IMG/VR virus record: IMGVR_UViG_3300049144_000095
Span: 187,160-251,159 of that record
Source: a virus
Lineage: Duplodnaviria; Caudoviricetes
Length of the DNA stretch: 64,000 nt
Strand: one strand, 5' to 3'
In this document: positions 9,073-18,831 of the stretch, one piece after another
Layout: each line of letters opens with the position of its first letter
Numbering within the stretch: position 1 is the first letter of the stretch
Notes under the pieces: model-generated
Databases searched by the model: none
The model's input: the letters and a program-made list of their open reading frames with translations, nothing else
Told to the model about the DNA's origin: nothing
Translations under genes and position numbers: made by a program

Positions 9073-9546
9073 TCAGCCGTCGGGGATGATCTCGTGTTCG
9101 TACGGAAGCCTGCGCAGAGTGCGCTCCAGAGTCCGGCCGACCACGCCCGCGCCATCCACGTTCGGCACCTTCATCCTGATCACGACAGTCACCTCCCGGG
9201 TGTCACCGTTCTCGGTGCCGCCAAGATCCCGGATCCGCTCCTCCAGGGCCCCTATCAGGGCTTGCCGACGAATCCAGGCGCTCCCCTGCTCGCTACTGCT
9301 GGAGGCGTCAGCCAGTTCTTCCAGGATGGAGTCGTAGTCGTCGCCTGCCACGTCTCCCCGGGGTGCCGGAATGCCCAGCATCTTGTGGTACATGCCTTCA
9401 GCGATGCGGGGTGCCGACCGGAGCAGGTAGTCCCGCAGGTTCGAGCAGTACTGCAAGCTCATTTCGCTGATCCGGTGACGCTCGCCGCTGCCGTCATACC
9501 AGAACTCCGTCTGCCCTAGCAGCACGGCATTGCTCGGCCGCTTCAC
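9073..9546 (-). CDS. phage-type hypothetical protein
   Basis: GTGA overlap with upstream gene; FWYDGSGERHRISEMSLQYCSNLRDYL. Confidence 0.65.
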   Translation of the reverse strand: MKRPSNAVLLGQTEFWYDGSGERHRISEMSLQYCSNLRDYLLRSAPRIAEGMYHKMLGIPAPRGDVAGDDYDSILEELADASSSSEQGSAWIRRQALIGALEERIRDLGGTENGDTREVTVVIRMKVPNVDGAGVVGRTLERTLRRLPYEHEIIPDG

Positions 9547-9902
9547 GGCCGTCCCCCGTTGAGGAGGAGACCGAGTGAACCCCACCCCTGTCCCCCGGCT
9601 GCCGGGATATCAGGGGTGTTGTCGCGGAGTTCGAACTCCACACCGTCACCGTCGGCCCGGAGGGCCTGGAGGTGGTACAGCTTCAGCGGCTGGAGCGCTT
9701 CGAGGTTGAGCCAGCGATTGGGGTGCAGTCCGTCGCCGATGAACAGCGGCCCTCGACTGACGGCAGCGAAGCCGAGGTGAACATCCCCGGCGCCTCCGGT
9801 GATCACCTGAATGCCGTTCGAGCCGGTGAGGATGGTGATCCGCTCTCCGTCCTCCAGCTTGTGCAGGTCGAGTCTCCTGGCGCTGACGTGAATCACATCC
9901 AC
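9543..9902 (-). CDS. hypothetical protein
   Basis: Overlapping genes in a minus-strand operon. Confidence 0.55.
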   Translation of the reverse strand: MDVIHVSARRLDLHKLEDGERITILTGSNGIQVITGGAGDVHLGFAAVSRGPLFIGDGLHPNRWLNLEALQPLKLYHLQALRADGDGVEFELRDNTPDIPAAGGQGWGSLGLLLNGGRP

Positions 9903-10120
9903 ACCCCTTCCCTGCTCTGAAGGGCGACTTCTTCGAGTGCGTCCTCCAGGATGCTGGCGATCCTTTCGTACATCTCATCCTGGAGCCCTTCGGGCAGCTT
10001 CGAGACGTCAGCGAGGATCTTGTTCTGAAGGACGGTGACCCTGCCCTTGGGCGTCTTGGCCCCCTTCAGCTTGTTGTCCCACCACTCGTCGCGGTAGCTG
10101 CTGCACTCCGGTCGCGCCAC
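9893..10120 (-). CDS. hypothetical protein
   Basis: GGAAAGGAGAAGAG RBS; downstream of an operator-containing promoter. Confidence 0.55.
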   Translation of the reverse strand: MARPECSSYRDEWWDNKLKGAKTPKGRVTVLQNKILADVSKLPEGLQDEMYERIASILEDALEEVALQSREGVWM

Positions 10121-10178
10121 GTCTCTTCTCCTTTCCGGGGTCCCGGGCGAGCCGGGACTTCCCCCCTTTCCGGAGTCG

Positions 10179-10208
10179 AGCCTATCAGAATGGCCTAGGC
10201 CATGTCAG
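10179..10208 (-). promoter_or_regulatory. putative promoter with GGCCTAGGCC palindrome in its spacer
   Basis: Minus strand CTGACA-N18-TAGGCT; palindrome at 10192-10201, extended ATGGCCTAGGCCAT. Confidence 0.55.
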
Positions 10209-11734
10209 CCCCTCTGGGTGGCGGCCTGCCGCTGCTGACGAGCGGGCGCCGGACGCAGTTCCCGCACGTTGCTGCCGGTGTCGATGCCCTCTTCGCGGGC
10301 CACCTCCTCGACCACGTCGCCGGTGAAGACGTCACCGGTGGGCTCGCAGTACGCGCGGGCCAGCTCTGCGTACTCTGCCGCCTGCGCCTTGGCGATGCCG
10401 CCCACGAAGTCGAGCACTTCAGGAATGGTCCGCTGCTCCTTCATGGCGGCCTCGGCGGCGGCCCGCAACGCCCAGACGATGCCGATGCGGATGCTGCGCT
10501 CCCTGAGGACCCGGGCGGCGCGAGTGGGCATGTCCGTACTCTCGAACGCCTTGGCCTCCAGCTCGCACAGGTACGGCAGCACCTGGCTGTAGGAGCCCTT
10601 GCCCATCTGCTCGATCTCGGCCGCCACCGTCTCGGGGGTGATCAGCATGAACTCCCCCTGTGCCGCGATCCGGGCGATGGCGCTGACGGCGATGTTCAGC
10701 TTGGCGTCATCCTTGATGTCGGCCGGGTTGATGTCGTAGCTCATCCCGTACCGGAGCATCGAGCCGACCAACTGCTCCTGGACCGCCTGCTGGCTGAAGC
10801 CTTCGAAGGCGACCGGCTTCTGGGTGTGCCTGGCTTCGACCTGGATGACCATCTGCGGGCGCTGGTCGACCGTCTCGAACGGAACGATTTCGAAGTCGTC
10901 GAGGCCGAGCCCGTAGGAAACATGGTCCGAGGTGTCGGCCCCCTTCATGTCGACCGGAGAGCAGACAACCCTCACCTGCGGGCACATGCGGGACACGTCC
11001 TCGAAGACCTGCTGCGCATGCTCCAGGCCGGGGTCGTCGCAGTCGGCGACGATGATGACCTCCACGGCCCCCCTGAAGTACCTGGCGTACTCACGGAGCC
11101 AGGACCCGGCGCCCATGGGCGAGGTGGTGGCCGCCTCACCCATGGACCACAGGAGGTCGGCATCCTTCTCGCCCTCGACGAACCAGATCCGACGACCCTC
11201 TTCGATGGCCTTCAGGATCTCCGGCAGCCGGTAGATGACGCGCCGGACACCCACCAGGTTCCAGCTCTTGCCGGACTTCTTCGTGGAGTCGGGCTGCCAC
11301 TGCGAGAACCCTCGCGGGCACCCCTGCCCCTTGCGTGAGCAGCGGGCCGACGCGAAGAGCAGGACTCCCTTCTCGTCGGTATACCGGTACTCGGCCGCCT
11401 TGTGGCCCGAGCACGGCTCGGGGTCGTCCGGCTCTTTCTTCCTTCGCTGGCACGGCATCCACAGATCGGGCGCCATGCGCCGGTCACCGTCACGTCCGTC
11501 GCCGTCGAAGATGGCGGGCCATGGCAACTGGAGCGCTGCGAGGATGTCCGCGTTCTCGCAGTTGGCGTGGCACTTGAGCAGCGCACCCTTCTCACCCTGG
11601 CTGACGCTGAGCGACGCGGTGCCGTCGTCGTGCGCGGGGCACTGGGCCGTGTAGTAGCCGCCGTGCGGGCGCACCCTGGAGCCGTGTTGGGCAAGTGCAT
11701 CGAGCACGTTCTGAAGCCCTGACCCGTGGGTCAC
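10205..11734 (-). CDS. phage/plasmid DNA primase (Zn-finger + Toprim) with DnaB-N-like C-terminal domain
   Basis: AQCPAHDD..SLS..CHANC zinc finger; FVEGEKDAD and IVADCDDPG Toprim motifs. Confidence 0.85.
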   Translation of the reverse strand: MTHGSGLQNVLDALAQHGSRVRPHGGYYTAQCPAHDDGTASLSVSQGEKGALLKCHANCENADILAALQLPWPAIFDGDGRDGDRRMAPDLWMPCQRRKKEPDDPEPCSGHKAAEYRYTDEKGVLLFASARCSRKGQGCPRGFSQWQPDSTKKSGKSWNLVGVRRVIYRLPEILKAIEEGRRIWFVEGEKDADLLWSMGEAATTSPMGAGSWLREYARYFRGAVEVIIVADCDDPGLEHAQQVFEDVSRMCPQVRVVCSPVDMKGADTSDHVSYGLGLDDFEIVPFETVDQRPQMVIQVEARHTQKPVAFEGFSQQAVQEQLVGSMLRYGMSYDINPADIKDDAKLNIAVSAIARIAAQGEFMLITPETVAAEIEQMGKGSYSQVLPYLCELEAKAFESTDMPTRAARVLRERSIRIGIVWALRAAAEAAMKEQRTIPEVLDFVGGIAKAQAAEYAELARAYCEPTGDVFTGDVVEEVAREEGIDTGSNVRELRPAPARQQRQAATQRG

Positions 11735-11798
11735 GTCGCACTCACCCTTTCGTCTTGACCAAGTTCAGCCCTGCCCATGGCAAACCGTCCCTCGCACA

Positions 11799-12386
11799 TC
11801 ATGCCGGTCGGTAGATCGGTCCGCTGCTGTCGTACACAACAGGAACCTCGAATCCCTCACCGTCCACCACAAGCGCATCACAACTCACCCGGATCACCCG
11901 GTTGCTGATGTCTCGTGATCCGTCGTCGAAATCCGGATCGACCACCAAAACAGGTGGCGCGACCCTTTTCTTGATACGCCGCAGATTCCGAGGAGAGAGA
12001 CGGGGTACATACACGAGATCAGCTCGTTCGACCTTCTCCCAGCCGGTGCCGCCGGTGTGCAGTGTGATCGGGAGCCGCCGCAACTCGCGGCTGGCGGACT
12101 GGGGGTCCCCACCGGCGAGCAGGGAGACCATCGCCTTCCACACGTCGTCGTCGCTGCGCTGGTAGGGCAGCAGCATCAGGGTCTTGGCGCCGGACACGGC
12201 CGCGCTGCACAACATCTGAGCCGCCAGCACCTCGGGGTACCCCCCCGTACCGTCTGTCACCAGCGTCGTCACGGTGCCCGTTTCCAGCCCCCATCCCGGC
12301 CGTGCCAGGGAGATGGGTCCTGCCGTGATCACCATTTCTTCACCTCTCCGAAGGCGAGCGCAAACCTCAACTCGCGTCTGCCTCAA
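11799..12386 (-). CDS. hypothetical protein, possibly an inactivated DnaB/RecA-fold remnant
   Basis: GLETGTVTTLVTDGTGGYPEVLAAQMLCSAAVSGAKTLML parallels the DnaB P-loop region but lacks GKT. Confidence 0.45.
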   Translation of the reverse strand: MRQTRVEVCARLRRGEEMVITAGPISLARPGWGLETGTVTTLVTDGTGGYPEVLAAQMLCSAAVSGAKTLMLLPYQRSDDDVWKAMVSLLAGGDPQSASRELRRLPITLHTGGTGWEKVERADLVYVPRLSPRNLRRIKKRVAPPVLVVDPDFDDGSRDISNRVIRVSCDALVVDGEGFEVPVVYDSSGPIYRPA

Positions 12387-12569
12387 TGTACTACATGGCC
12401 TGGGCCACTCGCACCAGTACGACAGTCCGCAGACGCGCGCGTGCCGGAAAGGGCTTGCTGAATCCCCATCATCCCCGTTGCCCTCACCCCCAATACGCCC
12501 CCAGCCGGGGTGAAGTCAGGCCAGGGCGCCTGCCCGTGGGCAGACCCCTGGCCCGCATGCCTTTCGAGC

Positions 12570-13043
12570 CTACCTGGCCCGAAACGTTGCTCCGTTGATT
12601 ATCTCAGTGTCGGAAGCATTTATCACCCGTTGAACTACTTCCTGGATCTGTGGTAGATCCACCCAACGGAACTCCGAGGACGGGTTCATGGGGGCCTGCT
12701 TACCCTGCTTGATCAGCCTCTCCACTTGATCAAGCCATTGGTCACAGAGAGCGAACTTCGCCGCCTCGATGGTCCAGGCCATGAAGGATTCCCGTACCGC
12801 ATCCCCGTGTTCGGCCAACTTCGCCCCCGCCAGCCGCTTGCGGAAGGCCTCGGCCTTCGTGAACGCCTTCCGGTACCTGTCGTTGACCCACTTGCGTTCC
12901 TCACGGACGCGCGGCAGGTCCCACTCCTCCAGAACCTCCAGCTCGCCGGGTTTGACCAGGCGCCCCAGGGGGCCCAGGTCGTCGGCTATCAGGAACTCGT
13001 CCTCGACCACACCGCACCCCCCGGAACGTGCACTCACCGTCAC
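12570..13043 (-). CDS. hypothetical helical protein
   Basis: GGAAAGGAG RBS before GTG 13043. Confidence 0.6.
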   Translation of the reverse strand: MTVSARSGGCGVVEDEFLIADDLGPLGRLVKPGELEVLEEWDLPRVREERKWVNDRYRKAFTKAEAFRKRLAGAKLAEHGDAVRESFMAWTIEAAKFALCDQWLDQVERLIKQGKQAPMNPSSEFRWVDLPQIQEVVQRVINASDTEIINGATFRAR

Positions 13044-13082
13044 GTTTCATCTCCTTTCCGATCCTGCCTTAACGGCCGCTTC

Positions 13083-14447
13083 TCACCAAGCGTCCGAAAT
13101 GCGCACTCCCGGCGGCAGGAACCGCTGGCGCATGCCATCGAAGATCAGTTCGTCGACCCCGACGGTGCCGTGCCGGTTCTTGATCGTGTGCGCCTCCGCC
13201 TCACTCCCCGGCTTGCCCTCCACGAACCTCCGGTGCAGCAGCATGATCGTGGAGGCCGCGTTCTCGATCTTCGCGCCGTACGAGATGTCGTTGACGTTGG
13301 TCGGCGCCTCCTCCTCCCTGCCCGGCATCGGCTTCTTGAGCTGGGCGAGAAGCAGTAGATGCCGGTTGAGAGTCAGACTCGTGTCATGCAGGCGCGAGAC
13401 CGTCTCGTCCATCCTGGCGCGCATGTCGTCGGTGTGCCGGTCGGACGCGACGGACTGGGCGTAGTCGACGATGAACAGCCGGGCACCCATGTCCCGGACC
13501 GCCTTGCGGGCGAGCAGGTGGATCTCGCCAGCCGTCGCACCCGGAACGAACTCCACGCGGAAGTTGCGGTTCTCCGCCTCCCTCTCGGCGAACTTGTACA
13601 CCCGCTCCCTCTGGTCGGCGGACAGGGTGTTCTCGCGTATGTCGCTGTAGGGGATGGACAGCTCCGCTGCCGCACGGCGCTGGATGAGGTCGGCGGGCGA
13701 CATCTCCAGCGAGAAGAACACGACCGGCGTGTCCTGCTTGAGCGCCACGTTGCGGCCCACGTCTCCGGCAAGAACGGTCTTGCCGATGGCGCTCCGTGCG
13801 GCGATGCAGGTCATGTGGCCCGGATGCATGCCCGACGTACGTTCATCCAGGTTGCCGTACCCGAAGAGCAGTCCCGGCTCCCGCTGGCGCAGCCCGAGGA
13901 TGACCCCCAGCCCCTCCTCCACCAGACGGTCGCGCTCGTATCGCGAGTTGGGCGCCTCCCCGTCCTCGACCGCGCTGGCAACCTGGGAGAAGGCGTCGGA
14001 GATCGCGACGTCGGCATCCTTCTCCCCGGAGCGCACCAGCCGTGCGCCGCCCTCCATGGCCTGGGAGACGACGCGCCTGCGGTACAGGTCCCTGAGGATG
14101 CGGGCCCCTTGCACCGCCCCGACCGGTCCCTCGGCATTGCCGGAGAGCCAGTGGACACGTTCCATGATGTCGGCATCCAGGACGCCCTCCCGGCGGAGAG
14201 CGGCGATGATTCCATGGGCGGCCGTCGAACTGCCGCTCACGAGGCACTGCATGAACGCCTCGTAGATCATCTGATTGTGCTCGACGGTGAAGATCGCCGA
14301 GCCCGCCTGCCCGAACGTCTCGATGACGTCCTCGCGCGGGTCGAGCGGATGCCCTTCACCGTTGAGGAGGGCGCCGAGGACCGCGTTCTCCACGGTCTCG
14401 TCCATCAGCAGCGTCGGCCTGCCGGGCAGACCTGACACATTAGTCAC
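13083..14447 (-). CDS. dnaB: replicative DNA helicase DnaB-like
   Basis: ENAVLGALL N-domain; Walker A AARSAIGKT; VFFSLEM; FIVDYAQ; LLLAQL; IKNRHG. Confidence 0.92.
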   Translation of the reverse strand: MTNVSGLPGRPTLLMDETVENAVLGALLNGEGHPLDPREDVIETFGQAGSAIFTVEHNQMIYEAFMQCLVSGSSTAAHGIIAALRREGVLDADIMERVHWLSGNAEGPVGAVQGARILRDLYRRRVVSQAMEGGARLVRSGEKDADVAISDAFSQVASAVEDGEAPNSRYERDRLVEEGLGVILGLRQREPGLLFGYGNLDERTSGMHPGHMTCIAARSAIGKTVLAGDVGRNVALKQDTPVVFFSLEMSPADLIQRRAAAELSIPYSDIRENTLSADQRERVYKFAEREAENRNFRVEFVPGATAGEIHLLARKAVRDMGARLFIVDYAQSVASDRHTDDMRARMDETVSRLHDTSLTLNRHLLLLAQLKKPMPGREEEAPTNVNDISYGAKIENAASTIMLLHRRFVEGKPGSEAEAHTIKNRHGTVGVDELIFDGMRQRFLPPGVRISDAW

Positions 14448-14471
14448 GAATGTCGCCTTTCTGAGTACCGG

Positions 14472-15533
14472 TCAGAATGTCCGTCGCCGCATCTTGCGAC
14501 CCAGCACCGCCAGGCGCTCCCGCGTGGCTTCGTCGTCGGCCGAAGGCGGAAGCTCGACAGGCGTCTTGGGCTCGGTCTTCACGGGGGCCGGACCGTCCCA
14601 CGGGATGTCTCCGAGGTCCACAACCTTGTCGCCCACCACGATGACCCCGTTGTCCTCCTGGTGCGCCGGAGGAGGGGTGCCGAGGTCGGCAGCCTTCTTG
14701 CGAAGGAACGACTCAACGCTGAAGATCTTGTCTGTGACCAGCAGGGAAAGCTTGGAGGCGATATCGGCGGGGCTCCAGCCTTGCTCCATGGCCGGTGCGC
14801 AAACTTCGGCCACCCGCTGCGCTTCGCCCCCGAGGAGTCCCTGACGGTTCATCCCCTTGCCGTGGCAGTTGCGCACCAGCAGGCGTGCCAGCTCGTCGAC
14901 CTCGGAAGAGGGGCCAGTCTGGACCTCTGCCGCAGGCGACCCGGCGTCACCCTGCTCCTCCATCACCCCGGAATCAGGGCCCGGCTCATCGTGCACCTCG
15001 GGCAGAAGGTTGCGGTCCTCGCGGTGCCCGTCCTCGAAGTTCTCCTCAGCCTGACGGGAGGCGGCCCTCGCCTCGTTGTTCCGCTGGGAACCGAGACGCA
15101 CTCCAGTCACCGCCGGGATGCCGGGCATGTCATCCTCCAGGCGCTGGTAGTACGCCTTGGTGCCGCAGCGCTTGGCGACCTTCTTCGCCTGGTCGTAGCC
15201 GTTGGTCGGGCCGCTGATCCGTCCGCGCGGGTCGACGACGAAGGCGATCACGAACCCGGAGCCGTCCTGGGGTTCGTTCAGGCGGATGAGCACGCCCTTG
15301 CTGATCAGCTCGTTGAGCCCGCGCCGGGCGGTGACCGCCGTCATCGGCTTCTGCCAGTGAGACGTCATCTCGGTGAACCAGCTCGCCGTGACATGCACGG
15401 AGTGGGGGACGACGCCGTTGCGCTCGAACGAGGCGTTGCAGCGCAGCAGCATGTAGACGGTGCGGGCCGCCGGTCCGAGTTCCATCAGGGCGACGTAGTC
15501 GTCCGCCAGTGAGAAGGTTGGCTTGGTCCCCAT
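14472..15533 (-). CDS. replication initiator-like protein (N-terminal winged helix)
   Basis: LGPAARTVYMLL...TARRGLNELISKGVL; directly upstream of dnaB. Confidence 0.65.
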   Translation of the reverse strand: MGTKPTFSLADDYVALMELGPAARTVYMLLRCNASFERNGVVPHSVHVTASWFTEMTSHWQKPMTAVTARRGLNELISKGVLIRLNEPQDGSGFVIAFVVDPRGRISGPTNGYDQAKKVAKRCGTKAYYQRLEDDMPGIPAVTGVRLGSQRNNEARAASRQAEENFEDGHREDRNLLPEVHDEPGPDSGVMEEQGDAGSPAAEVQTGPSSEVDELARLLVRNCHGKGMNRQGLLGGEAQRVAEVCAPAMEQGWSPADIASKLSLLVTDKIFSVESFLRKKAADLGTPPPAHQEDNGVIVVGDKVVDLGDIPWDGPAPVKTEPKTPVELPPSADDEATRERLAVLGRKMRRRTF

Positions 15534-15571
15534 AGTCTGGTATCATCCTTCGTAGGTTGGTTTTGGATCTG

Positions 15572-15598
15572 GGGCCCTGTGACAGCAGGGCCCTTTTT
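15572..15598 (+). terminator. intrinsic terminator on the strand opposite the rep operon
   Basis: GGGCCCTG-tgacag-CAGGGCCC-TTTTT. Confidence 0.6.
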
Positions 15599-15621
15599 CT
15601 GTGCCCTCAGCCGCTGTGCCG

Positions 15622-16005
15622 TCAGCCGTAGGTGACGACCGGCTTGCCGTCCACCTGAACGCGCCGGTCGATGAGGGTCTGGACCTTCGGCGGGTAGTCC
15701 TGAAGCCGGAACCGGATCCGCCCGTTGGCGTAGTCGGCGACCTGCGTGATGGCCCCGACCTCCATCAGCTCCTGGATCGCGGCGTAGCCGTCACCCTTGG
15801 CGAAGGCGTTGGCCTGCGGGCGGGTCAGGGTGATCCGCGTGCCGCCGGACTCGTCGTCCTTGGCGGCGAAGCACATCATCACGTAGAGCCGGATCGTCTC
15901 GGGGCGCAGGTCGAGAGCCAGCACCCAGTCGGAGACCCAGGTGTACTGGCCACCCTCGTGCATCTCGGCCATCTCGTCCATGTCCATGGTCTGCTTGGCG
16001 GTCAT
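15622..16005 (-). CDS. small winged-helix (initiator-like) protein
   Basis: YTWVSDWVLALDLRPETIRLYVMM...AIQELMEVGAI. Confidence 0.6.
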   Translation of the reverse strand: MTAKQTMDMDEMAEMHEGGQYTWVSDWVLALDLRPETIRLYVMMCFAAKDDESGGTRITLTRPQANAFAKGDGYAAIQELMEVGAITQVADYANGRIRFRLQDYPPKVQTLIDRRVQVDGKPVVTYG

Positions 16006-16027
16006 GTCTTCTCCCTTCCAGGGCGGA

Positions 16028-16057
16028 ACACTAGCCGTCGTATGGCCTAGGCCGCAA
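16028..16057 (-). promoter_or_regulatory. putative promoter with GGCCTAGGCC palindrome (16044-16053)
   Basis: Minus strand TTGCGG-N18-TAGTGT upstream of the replisome operon. Confidence 0.55.
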
Positions 16058-16818
16058 GGGTGTCCGCGAAAAACCCCAGGAATGAAGGCAAGCCCCCTTG
16101 ATCATTTCTGTCAACCCCCGTGCAGGCTTCCGCCGGGCAGCGGGGCGGCTCCCGACCCCCCGTCAGATCGTCATCAATCGAGCAGATTTGTCCAGTGGCA
16201 AATTGTCATAGTTCATGCGGGTCTCACGACCGGCCAACGTTTCACATCCAGAAGAAACCCCTCGGCCACAAAAGTGAGATCTCCTTCGACATCTGTGAAC
16301 GAACGGCGAGCCCCTGACCTGCGTGGATTGCGTAACCCCCGGCGCAAGAAGGTAAGAACCTCATCGGTCTACGGCGTGCGCTGGCGACCGTCGTTGACCC
16401 GAGGCTGCCCAGTCGGCCCAGCCCGTACCGGGTACCGGTCGGACGGTCGCCAGCGCACGCCTCCCGCCGGAGTGCAAGCGACTGTCGTCCTCCCTCCGCC
16501 ATCGCTGCGCGATGGCTCCCTTCTTGACCGCCCGGCTGACGCCGTCCGGCCTGAGGGGGGAGGACTTGCTCCGCCTCTTCGTTCGTGTTCCTGGCCTGTC
16601 CTGCGTGCGCGGCCCCGGGGCTGGGCGAGCGCCATCTGTTGACGGTGCACCTGCCGACGGCGGCTGCTGGCTCGCTTGGGTTTCTCTTGGATCGTGATGT
16701 ACCGAGATTCCCCGTTCGGGTCTTGTGCCGGTTTTACGGCGTCCATGGCCCAGGCCACTTTGTGCTAGGTTCGTAGCCGGGTTAAAGGACCCCGTCGGAA
16801 GGGTGAGAGGGTGATCAT

Positions 16819-17163
16819 GTGGTGACGGCTGTGTGCAGTCAGTCGACGGATGGGCTGGAGGCCCTGTTCGCTTCAGCCTGGAGCATCTACCAGGAGTTGG
16901 CGGCTTCGGAGGCTCCGGAGGCGGCTCGGCCGGTATCGCTGCGGTGGCGCTTCGACAGCTCCCTGCGGACCCTGGAGGCAGCGCTGGCGGCCGACGGTCG
17001 GGTGGGCGTCAGTACCGTACGACCGGAATGCTTCTGGCTGCCCGTGGAGCGGGAGACGGAGATCCGGCTGGCACAGTGGGCCCTGCGCCACGGAAAGATC
17101 GCTCAGGCGGGGTTCGCCGACACGGTGAACCGGAGCCACCGGCTCCGCCGGTCGGCATCCTGA
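16819..17163 (+). CDS. hypothetical protein
   Basis: RBS-like GAGAGGG; followed by a hairpin and T-run. Confidence 0.5.
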   Translation: MVTAVCSQSTDGLEALFASAWSIYQELAASEAPEAARPVSLRWRFDSSLRTLEAALAADGRVGVSTVRPECFWLPVERETEIRLAQWALRHGKIAQAGFADTVNRSHRLRRSAS

Positions 17164-17393
17164 GTCGCCATCTCCGATCAGGGCACCAGGAGGACCCCTG
17201 TGAACGCGCAGGGGTCTCCTTTTTGATCACATTTGCCCAACTCCCTTGTGGTAGAATGGATTTCACGGAAAGGAGAAGGTGAGCGCCCGTACCTCGCGAG
17301 GCTTGCGTGACGTTCACCCGTAAAGGAAGGTGCTTCTGTGACTTCCGAACGGAACACCCCCTGCGGTACGCGGATCTCGCAGGAGCGAGGGGC

Positions 17394-17777
17394 ATGACCC
17401 TGAACTCGGACAGTTCCGAACCGTGCGTTTTCTGCGACATCGTGACCGGGCGCTCGCCCGCCGAGTGGGTTGTACTGCCGGACCACTGGGATGATGTGGT
17501 TGCTTTCCTGGCGGACCGCCCGATTGCCGACAGGCACACCCTGATCGTCCCGAAAGCTCACGTCCGTGACTTTGCGTCAGACCCGGACATCTCTGCCCGG
17601 GTGATGCGGTGCGCAGCCGAGCTGGTGCACTTCTCTCCGCAACCTATGGCCATACTGTCTCTGCGTGGTGAAGCGGCAGGTCAGGAAGTCATGCACTTCC
17701 ATCTTCACCTGATACCGAGATCCGCTGGCGACGGTTTGCGAGTCATTTCACGTAAAGGGGGCGGGCGTAAACGATGA
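17394..17777 (+). CDS. HIT-family nucleotide hydrolase
   Basis: CVFCDIV; HTLIVPKAH; GQEVMHFHLHLIPR histidine triad. Confidence 0.9.
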   Translation: MTLNSDSSEPCVFCDIVTGRSPAEWVVLPDHWDDVVAFLADRPIADRHTLIVPKAHVRDFASDPDISARVMRCAAELVHFSPQPMAILSLRGEAAGQEVMHFHLHLIPRSAGDGLRVISRKGGGRKR

Positions 17778-18037
17778 CAGAGTCTGACGTTCTCACCGAC
17801 CTGGACGAAGAGGTCGAGTACAACGGCAAGTTGATCGCCATTCGGGACCTTCCCGTATCCGTCCGCCCTCACTTCGGTTACGGGCACTTTCCCGAGCACG
17901 GCGATGAGGTTGTGCCGCATCCGGACGGCGAAGCCTGGCCGTACACGCCGGAGAAGTGTCTTCGGGCTGACGACATGCGCGGCCTGTGGATCGAAGAGCG
18001 TCTGGTGTGCACCGGATGCGGTCTCGACGTCACCTGA
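17774..18037 (+). CDS. hypothetical protein with Cys motifs
   Basis: ATGA overlap; terminal CTGCG. Confidence 0.6.
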   Translation: MTESDVLTDLDEEVEYNGKLIAIRDLPVSVRPHFGYGHFPEHGDEVVPHPDGEAWPYTPEKCLRADDMRGLWIEERLVCTGCGLDVT

Positions 18038-18048
18038 GGGAGGCTGTC

Positions 18049-18654
18049 ATGAATCACACGGCAATTCCGGAACTCATAGCCGACGGCGTGCCCCGGTGGC
18101 GCGACCGCATCGGCCGCAGGCGCTTTCCCTGTGAACAGTGGGGCCTCGACCACTGGTCTCTCCTGGCCTACGTCGAAGTCCGGGTGACCGACCATCAAGG
18201 GGCGATCGACTGGAACATGCTCACGCTCTCGCGCCGGAACTGGCCGGAGCTGTGGGCTGCCCGGAATCCCTACGAGACGGCCCCGGCCCAGGACGCGGCG
18301 GATCAGTACGGCCTGCGGGTGAAGAGTGCCGACGGGGAAGATGAGCTGGTTCTGGGCCACTGCGAGGCGGACGCCCTGATGGATCTCGTCGACCACGGTC
18401 TCGTGACCATCACCATGCCGCCCGTCAGCGCGACGGGCCAGAGCTACCTTCGCGCCGACGGGCACGCCCTGAGCCACCCGAGTCCGTATGAGCCCGTCAC
18501 CGGGCTGACCGAGAAGCTGCTGATGCCGTGGGCCACGTTCGGCCTCACTGAGCGAGGCTGGTTCGTGGCGTCGCAGCTCCGGAAGCACCGGGGAGCCCGC
18601 CGGAGCCCGGCTTCGTTTTCGATGCCCGACGGTCTGGAGGCCGTGGGGCCGTAA
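18049..18654 (+). CDS. hypothetical protein
   Basis: GGGAGG RBS before ATG 18049; WGLDHWSLLAYVE. Confidence 0.7.
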   Translation: MNHTAIPELIADGVPRWRDRIGRRRFPCEQWGLDHWSLLAYVEVRVTDHQGAIDWNMLTLSRRNWPELWAARNPYETAPAQDAADQYGLRVKSADGEDELVLGHCEADALMDLVDHGLVTITMPPVSATGQSYLRADGHALSHPSPYEPVTGLTEKLLMPWATFGLTERGWFVASQLRKHRGARRSPASFSMPDGLEAVGP

Positions 18655-18831
18655 GGCCCGGGTGACGTAAAGACGGCAGCGGAAGAAAAGATCTTCCGCT
18701 GCCGTTGGCGTACGCCGGAGCAAGCCACGGGGATACCGTGGGCCACCGGACCGCTGAGGCGATGCGAACGGAACACAGTCCGGCCTGCGTGCCGGTGGAA
18801 CGGCAAGCGACCGGAAAGGGAAGGAACACGG

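Noticed and set aside
16080-16370. replication origin for the DnaB module
   Set aside because: Somewhat AT-richer and non-coding, but no iterons or DnaA boxes seen; position alone is not enough.
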